From positions 62,001 through 126,000 of the forward strand of contig MU053933.1 in NCBI GenBank assembly GCA_013239625.1: a DNA stretch of 64,000 nt, given 5' to 3'. A program made the translations under genes and the position numbers. Under the pieces are notes generated by a model. That model searched no databases and was not told where the DNA came from. It worked only from the letters and a program-made list of their open reading frames with translations. Source of the stretch: Lama guanicoe (Eukaryota). Positions 62,280-64,000 of this stretch are shown here, piece after piece; the first letter of the stretch is position 1; every line of letters begins with the position of its first letter.

Positions 62280-64000
62280 GAGGAGGTAACAGTTTTACTT
62301 CTTCCCTTCCAATTTGGATATCTTTTATTTCTTTTTCTTGTCTGGTTGTTGTAGTTAGGACTTCCAAGTCTGTGTTAAATAGAAGTGGTGAGAGTGAGCA
62401 TTCTTGTCTTATTCGTCATCTTAGAGGACAATAGAGCTGGAGAAATTATGTTTCTTGGCTTCAGACTATACCACAAAGCTACAATAATCAAAACAGTATG
62501 GTACTAGCACAAAAAGACACATAGATCAATGGAACAGAATAGAGAGCCCAGAAATAAACCCACACATGTATGGACAGCTAATCTACAACAAAGGAGGCAA
62601 TAACATACAATGGGGAAAAGACAGTCCCTTCAATATGCAGTGCTGGAAAAACTGGTCAGCTACATGTAAAAGAATGAAATTGGAACATTCTCTAACACCA
62701 TATACAAAAATAAACTCCAAATGGATTAAAGACCTAAATGTAAGAACATAGACCATAAAACTCCTAGAAGAAAACATAGGCAGAACCCTCTTTGACATAC
62801 ATCATAGCAATATTTTTTTTGGATCTGTCTCCTAAAGCAAAGGAAATAAAAACAAAAATACACAAATGGCATAAGACGAGACTCTGTAAACCTCCTAGAA
62901 GAAAACATAGGTAAGACATTTTCTGATACAAATCTTAGCAAAGCTCTCCTAGGGCAGTCTACCCAGGCAATAGAAATAAACAAATGGGAGCTAATTAAAC
63001 TTAAAAGTTTTTGCACAGCAAGGCAACCATCAACAAAGCAAAAAGACAGCCTGCAGAATGGGAGAAAAAAATTGCAAATGATGTGACCAATAAGAGGTTA
63101 ATATCCAAGATGTGTAAATAGCTCATACAATTCAACATCAAAAAAACAAACAACCTGATTTTAAAATGGGCAGAAGACCTGAACAGACGTTTTTCCAAAA
63201 AAGACATACTGTTGGCCAATAGGGATGTGAAAAGACACCCAACATCCCTAATCATCAGGGAAATGCAAATGAAAACCACAGTGAGCTATTACCACACACC
63301 TCTCTGAATGCTGAATGGCTATCATCAAAAAGACCACAAACAAACATTGGCTAGGATGTGGAGAAAAGCGAACCCTGGTATACTGTTGGTGGGAATGTAA
63401 ATTGGTGAAGTTACTATTGAAAATAGTATGGTGGTTTCTCAAAAAATTAAAAAAACAGAACTACCATATGATCTAGCAATTCCACTCTGGGTATTTATCT
63501 GAAGAAGACAAAAATACTACTTCAAAAAGATGCATGTACCCCAATGTTCACAGCAGCATTATTTACAGTAACCAAAATATGGAAACAATGCAAGTATCCA
63601 TCAACAGATGAGTGGATAAAGAAGATGTGGTATATATACATTCAGTGGAATACTACTCGGCCATAATAAAGAATGAATGTTTGTCATTTGTGACATGGAT
63701 GGATCTGGGAGGATATTATGCTTAGTGAAATAAGCCAGAGAAAGACAAATACTGTATGTTTTCACTTATAAATGGAGTCTGAAAAATAAAATAAATGGAT
63801 ACATATAACAAAACAGAAACAGGCTCACAGATACAGAGAACAAAGTTGTGGTTGCCAGTGGGGAGGAGGAAGTGCGGAAAGGCAAAACAGATGGTGGGGA
63901 TTAAGAGGTACGAACTACTAGGTATAAAATAAGTACATTGTTACAAGGATATAATGTACAGCATAGGGAATATAGTCAGTATTTTATAATAATTTTGTAT
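62280..64000 (+). mobile_element. L1 3' portion with an inverted 5' segment (62280-62430), running off the window edge
   Basis: An antisense ORF2 piece is joined to sense ORF2 C-terminus and 3'UTR ([10 protein letters not shown]...[13 protein letters not shown]). Confidence 0.92.

Noticed and set aside
1..64000. TSPEAR exons, CRISPR arrays, prokaryotic systems
   Set aside because: No TSPEAR/EAR-repeat peptide was recognised in the ORF track, although short exons could be missed. The sequence is mammalian and has no repeat-spacer array.

Overview
Mammalian (eutherian) genomic DNA. It is probably camelid: it carries two tRNA-derived vic-1-type SINEs and artiodactyl-type L1 3' ends, and I saw no Alu or Bov-tA. 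The window is GC-rich and repeat-dense (L1 fragments, MaLR/ERVL and ERV1-type solo LTRs, DNA transposon relics) with one 84-N gap. The only clearly intact genes are a small keratin-associated-protein cluster: a KRTAP10-like gene (33004-33651, +) and a KRTAP12-like gene (39313-39660, +). A KRTAP12 pseudogene (36996-37255, -) sits head-to-head with the latter. No TSPEAR exon was recognised. The most interesting unexplained signal is a chain of minus-strand exon-like segments from about 3.8 kb to at least 14.5 kb, possibly to 23 kb. Most have canonical splice sites, several junctions are phase-compatible, and the frames carry scattered TGA/TAA stops, which suggests a decayed multi-exon gene. Part of it has an RGS-box-like motif recalling RGS22/RGSL1; this is a by-eye inference. 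Also notable are two locally templated insertions (124 bp inverted, 28 bp direct), an L1 with an internal inversion, a perfect DR4 element, a co-oriented CTCF-motif pair, a CpG-rich region with an RFX X-box, and a perfect 27x22-bp higher-order (GT) repeat. All repeat-family names come from recall of consensus sequences, not from a search.
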